Origin: an uncultured Trueperaceae bacterium
GTDB lineage: Bacteria; Deinococcota; Deinococci; Deinococcales; Trueperaceae
DNA: 64,000 bases
Reading direction: 5' to 3'
Assembly: GCA_963815215.1 (NCBI GenBank)
Contig: CAWFFU010000011.1
Coordinates: 192,001-256,000 of the forward strand
Positions 62,186 through 64,000 of this stretch are shown in pieces. Under the pieces are notes generated by a model, which saw only the letters and a list, made by a program, of their open reading frames with translations, did no database searches and had not been told where the DNA came from. Numbering within the stretch: the stretch's first letter is position 1; each line of letters starts with the position of its first letter. A program made the position numbers and the translations under genes.

Positions 62186-63199
62186 GTGCCCCTCGTGCTC
62201 GGGATCGACACCTCCTGCGATGACACCGGCGTCGGCGTGGTCGACGGCGGTCGCGTACTGGCCAACGAGGTCGAGTCGCAGACGGCGCTCCACGCGCGCT
62301 TCGGCGGGGTCGTTCCGGAACAGGCCAGTCGCGAACATCTCAGCGTGATCGACGCCGTGGTTGAGCGCGCCCTGGAACGAGCCGGTGTGAGCGTCGGCGA
62401 CCTCGACGCGGTGGCGGCCACGCGCGGACCCGGCCTGGTCGGTGCGCTGCTGGTCGGACTGGGGTACGGCAAAGCGTTGGCCTGGGCGCGGGGCGTCCCC
62501 TTCGTGCCGGTGCACCACCTCGAGGCTCACATCGCCGCGGCGGTGGCAGGCTCCGGCCTGACCCCGCCCTTCCTGTGCCTGATCGCGTCCGGCGGCCACA
62601 CGGCGCTGTTCGCGGTGCGCGCGTGGGACGCCATCGAGCAGCTCGGCCGCAGTCGCGACGACGCGGCGGGCGAAGCGTTCGACAAGGTGGCGCGCCTGAT
62701 CGGTCTCGGCTACCCGGGCGGGCCGGCGCTGGCCGCGCTGGCCGAGCACGGCAACGACCGCGCCGTGACGCTGCCGCAGCCGATGCGGCGCCAGCACGGC
62801 TTCGACTTCAGCTTCAGCGGTCTGAAGACGGCAGTGGCCATCGCGCTCGAGCGCGAGCCCGGCCTGGCGCCCGAGGACGTGGCGGCCAGCTTCCAGCGCA
62901 CTGCCGTCGAGGCCCTGGTCGACGTCACGCGCAGGGCGGCACAGCACACCGGTTTGGAGCGTCTGGTGGTCGCAGGGGGCGTCGCCGCCAACGCGCGCCT
63001 GCGTTCGGCCATGGCGGCCGCCGGCCTGCACGCCACCTTCCCACCGCCGGCACTGGCGACCGACAACGGTGCCATGGTCGCGCTGGCGGCCGAGCGCCGG
63101 TTGCCCGACGCCCGCCGCCATCAGGCGCAGGCGCTCGCCACCGACGCCGTTCCCTACCTGCCCCTGGCCGCCACCGGCGAGCCCAGCGCGTCGGCGTAG
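62186..63199 (+). CDS. tsaD: tRNA threonylcarbamoyltransferase TsaD
   Basis: GIDTSCDDT, GGVVPE.ASREH, HHLEAH, SGGHT, FSFSGLKT and TDNGAM motifs. Confidence 0.96.
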   Translation: MPLVLGIDTSCDDTGVGVVDGGRVLANEVESQTALHARFGGVVPEQASREHLSVIDAVVERALERAGVSVGDLDAVAATRGPGLVGALLVGLGYGKALAWARGVPFVPVHHLEAHIAAAVAGSGLTPPFLCLIASGGHTALFAVRAWDAIEQLGRSRDDAAGEAFDKVARLIGLGYPGGPALAALAEHGNDRAVTLPQPMRRQHGFDFSFSGLKTAVAIALEREPGLAPEDVAASFQRTAVEALVDVTRRAAQHTGLERLVVAGGVAANARLRSAMAAAGLHATFPPPALATDNGAMVALAAERRLPDARRHQAQALATDAVPYLPLAATGEPSASA

Positions 63200-63999
63200 G
63201 CGCGCGCCACCAGCGGCATCACCCGCTCCTCGGAGAACTCGCGCACCGCGCGTTGGCGGGCAGCCTGCGCGTAACGCGCGTGCTCTTCGGGGTCCGACAG
63301 CAGCTCCACGGCGGCGCGCGCCATGCCGTCGATGTCGCCGGGCTCGAGCAGACGCCCGCTCACGCCGTCCTCCACCACCTCCGGCAGCCCGCCGATGCGG
63401 CTGGCCACCACCGGCACGCCGCTGGCCATCGCCTCGAGCGCCGATAGGCCGAACGACTCCTGGATGCTCGGCAACACGAAGAGGTCACCGACCGCCAGCA
63501 CGTCCTCGATGCGCGGGAAGCTGCCCAGGAAGGACACGCGACCGGTCAACCCGAGCTCCGCGGCGAGCGCCACCGCGGCAGGCCTGTCGGGCCCGTCGCC
63601 GACCATCAGCAGCCGTGCACCCAGCTTCTGCGACACGACTCCGAACACCCGGATGACGTCCTCCGCCCTCTTCACCGGGCGGAAGTTGGAGATGTGCACC
63701 AGTAGCTTCTCATCGCGGTGCGCGAAGCGTTGCCGCCGGTCGAGCGCGCCCGGGAGCGGCACCGGCGCGGGGTGGAAGCGCTCGTGATCGATGGCGTTGG
63801 GGATCACCCGGATGGGCGCTCGCACCCCCATCTCGCGGTTGGTGTAGTCCGCCAGGTAGCGGCTCACCGCGGTCACCACGTCGGAACGCTCGATGCTGTA
63901 CTGCGTGGCGCGGAGGTACGCCCGGTCGAGCCCCACCAACGTCACGTCGGTGCCGTGCAGCGTGGTGACGACCACCGGTCGCCGCGCGCTGTGCACCAT
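63154..63999 (-). CDS. bshA: GT4 glycosyltransferase BshA (bacillithiol biosynthesis), 5'-truncated by the window edge
   Basis: TTLHGTDVTLVG, HISNFRPVKR and ESFGLSALEAMA motifs. Confidence 0.88.
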   Translation of the reverse strand: MVHSARRPVVVTTLHGTDVTLVGLDRAYLRATQYSIERSDVVTAVSRYLADYTNREMGVRAPIRVIPNAIDHERFHPAPVPLPGALDRRQRFAHRDEKLLVHISNFRPVKRAEDVIRVFGVVSQKLGARLLMVGDGPDRPAAVALAAELGLTGRVSFLGSFPRIEDVLAVGDLFVLPSIQESFGLSALEAMASGVPVVASRIGGLPEVVEDGVSGRLLEPGDIDGMARAAVELLSDPEEHARYAQAARQRAVREFSEERVMPLVARAYADALGSPVAARGR

Positions 64000-64000
64000 G

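Overview
High-GC bacterial DNA, most likely Deinococcota (Truepera/Deinococcus-like). This is inferred from the gene set (DHH-CBS tRNA nucleotidyltransferase, long-form HflX, bacillithiol genes, PilC) and from pervasive leaderless TAnnnT-N5-8-start promoters. Bases 1-9321 are the right arm of a composite integrative element inserted at the 3' end of tRNA-Arg(ACG), in a Ser(TGA)-Ser(GCT)-Arg(ACG) tRNA cluster. It carries two intact tyrosine recombinases, a remnant of a third, two excisionase-like HTH genes, several regulators, a TIR-like protein and a 2-TM protein. The most striking cargo is a 90-nt tRNA gene (5347-5436) that the ORF track cannot show. It has a serine-type body (G73, long variable arm, Ser D-arm) but a leucine anticodon AAG, making it a candidate mistranslating tRNA located between the TIR-like and membrane genes. 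The rest is mostly core chromosome. It includes an accessory-looking block (MMPL/LolA-like/beta-barrel operon and two frameshifted genes), a roadblock x3-DUF3467-DsbA-PP2C-kinase cluster with a 62-bp tandem duplication, two apparent pseudo-enzymes, and an hflX gene that probably starts at ATC behind a long structured leader. All calls come from reading motifs by eye; no database searches were run.
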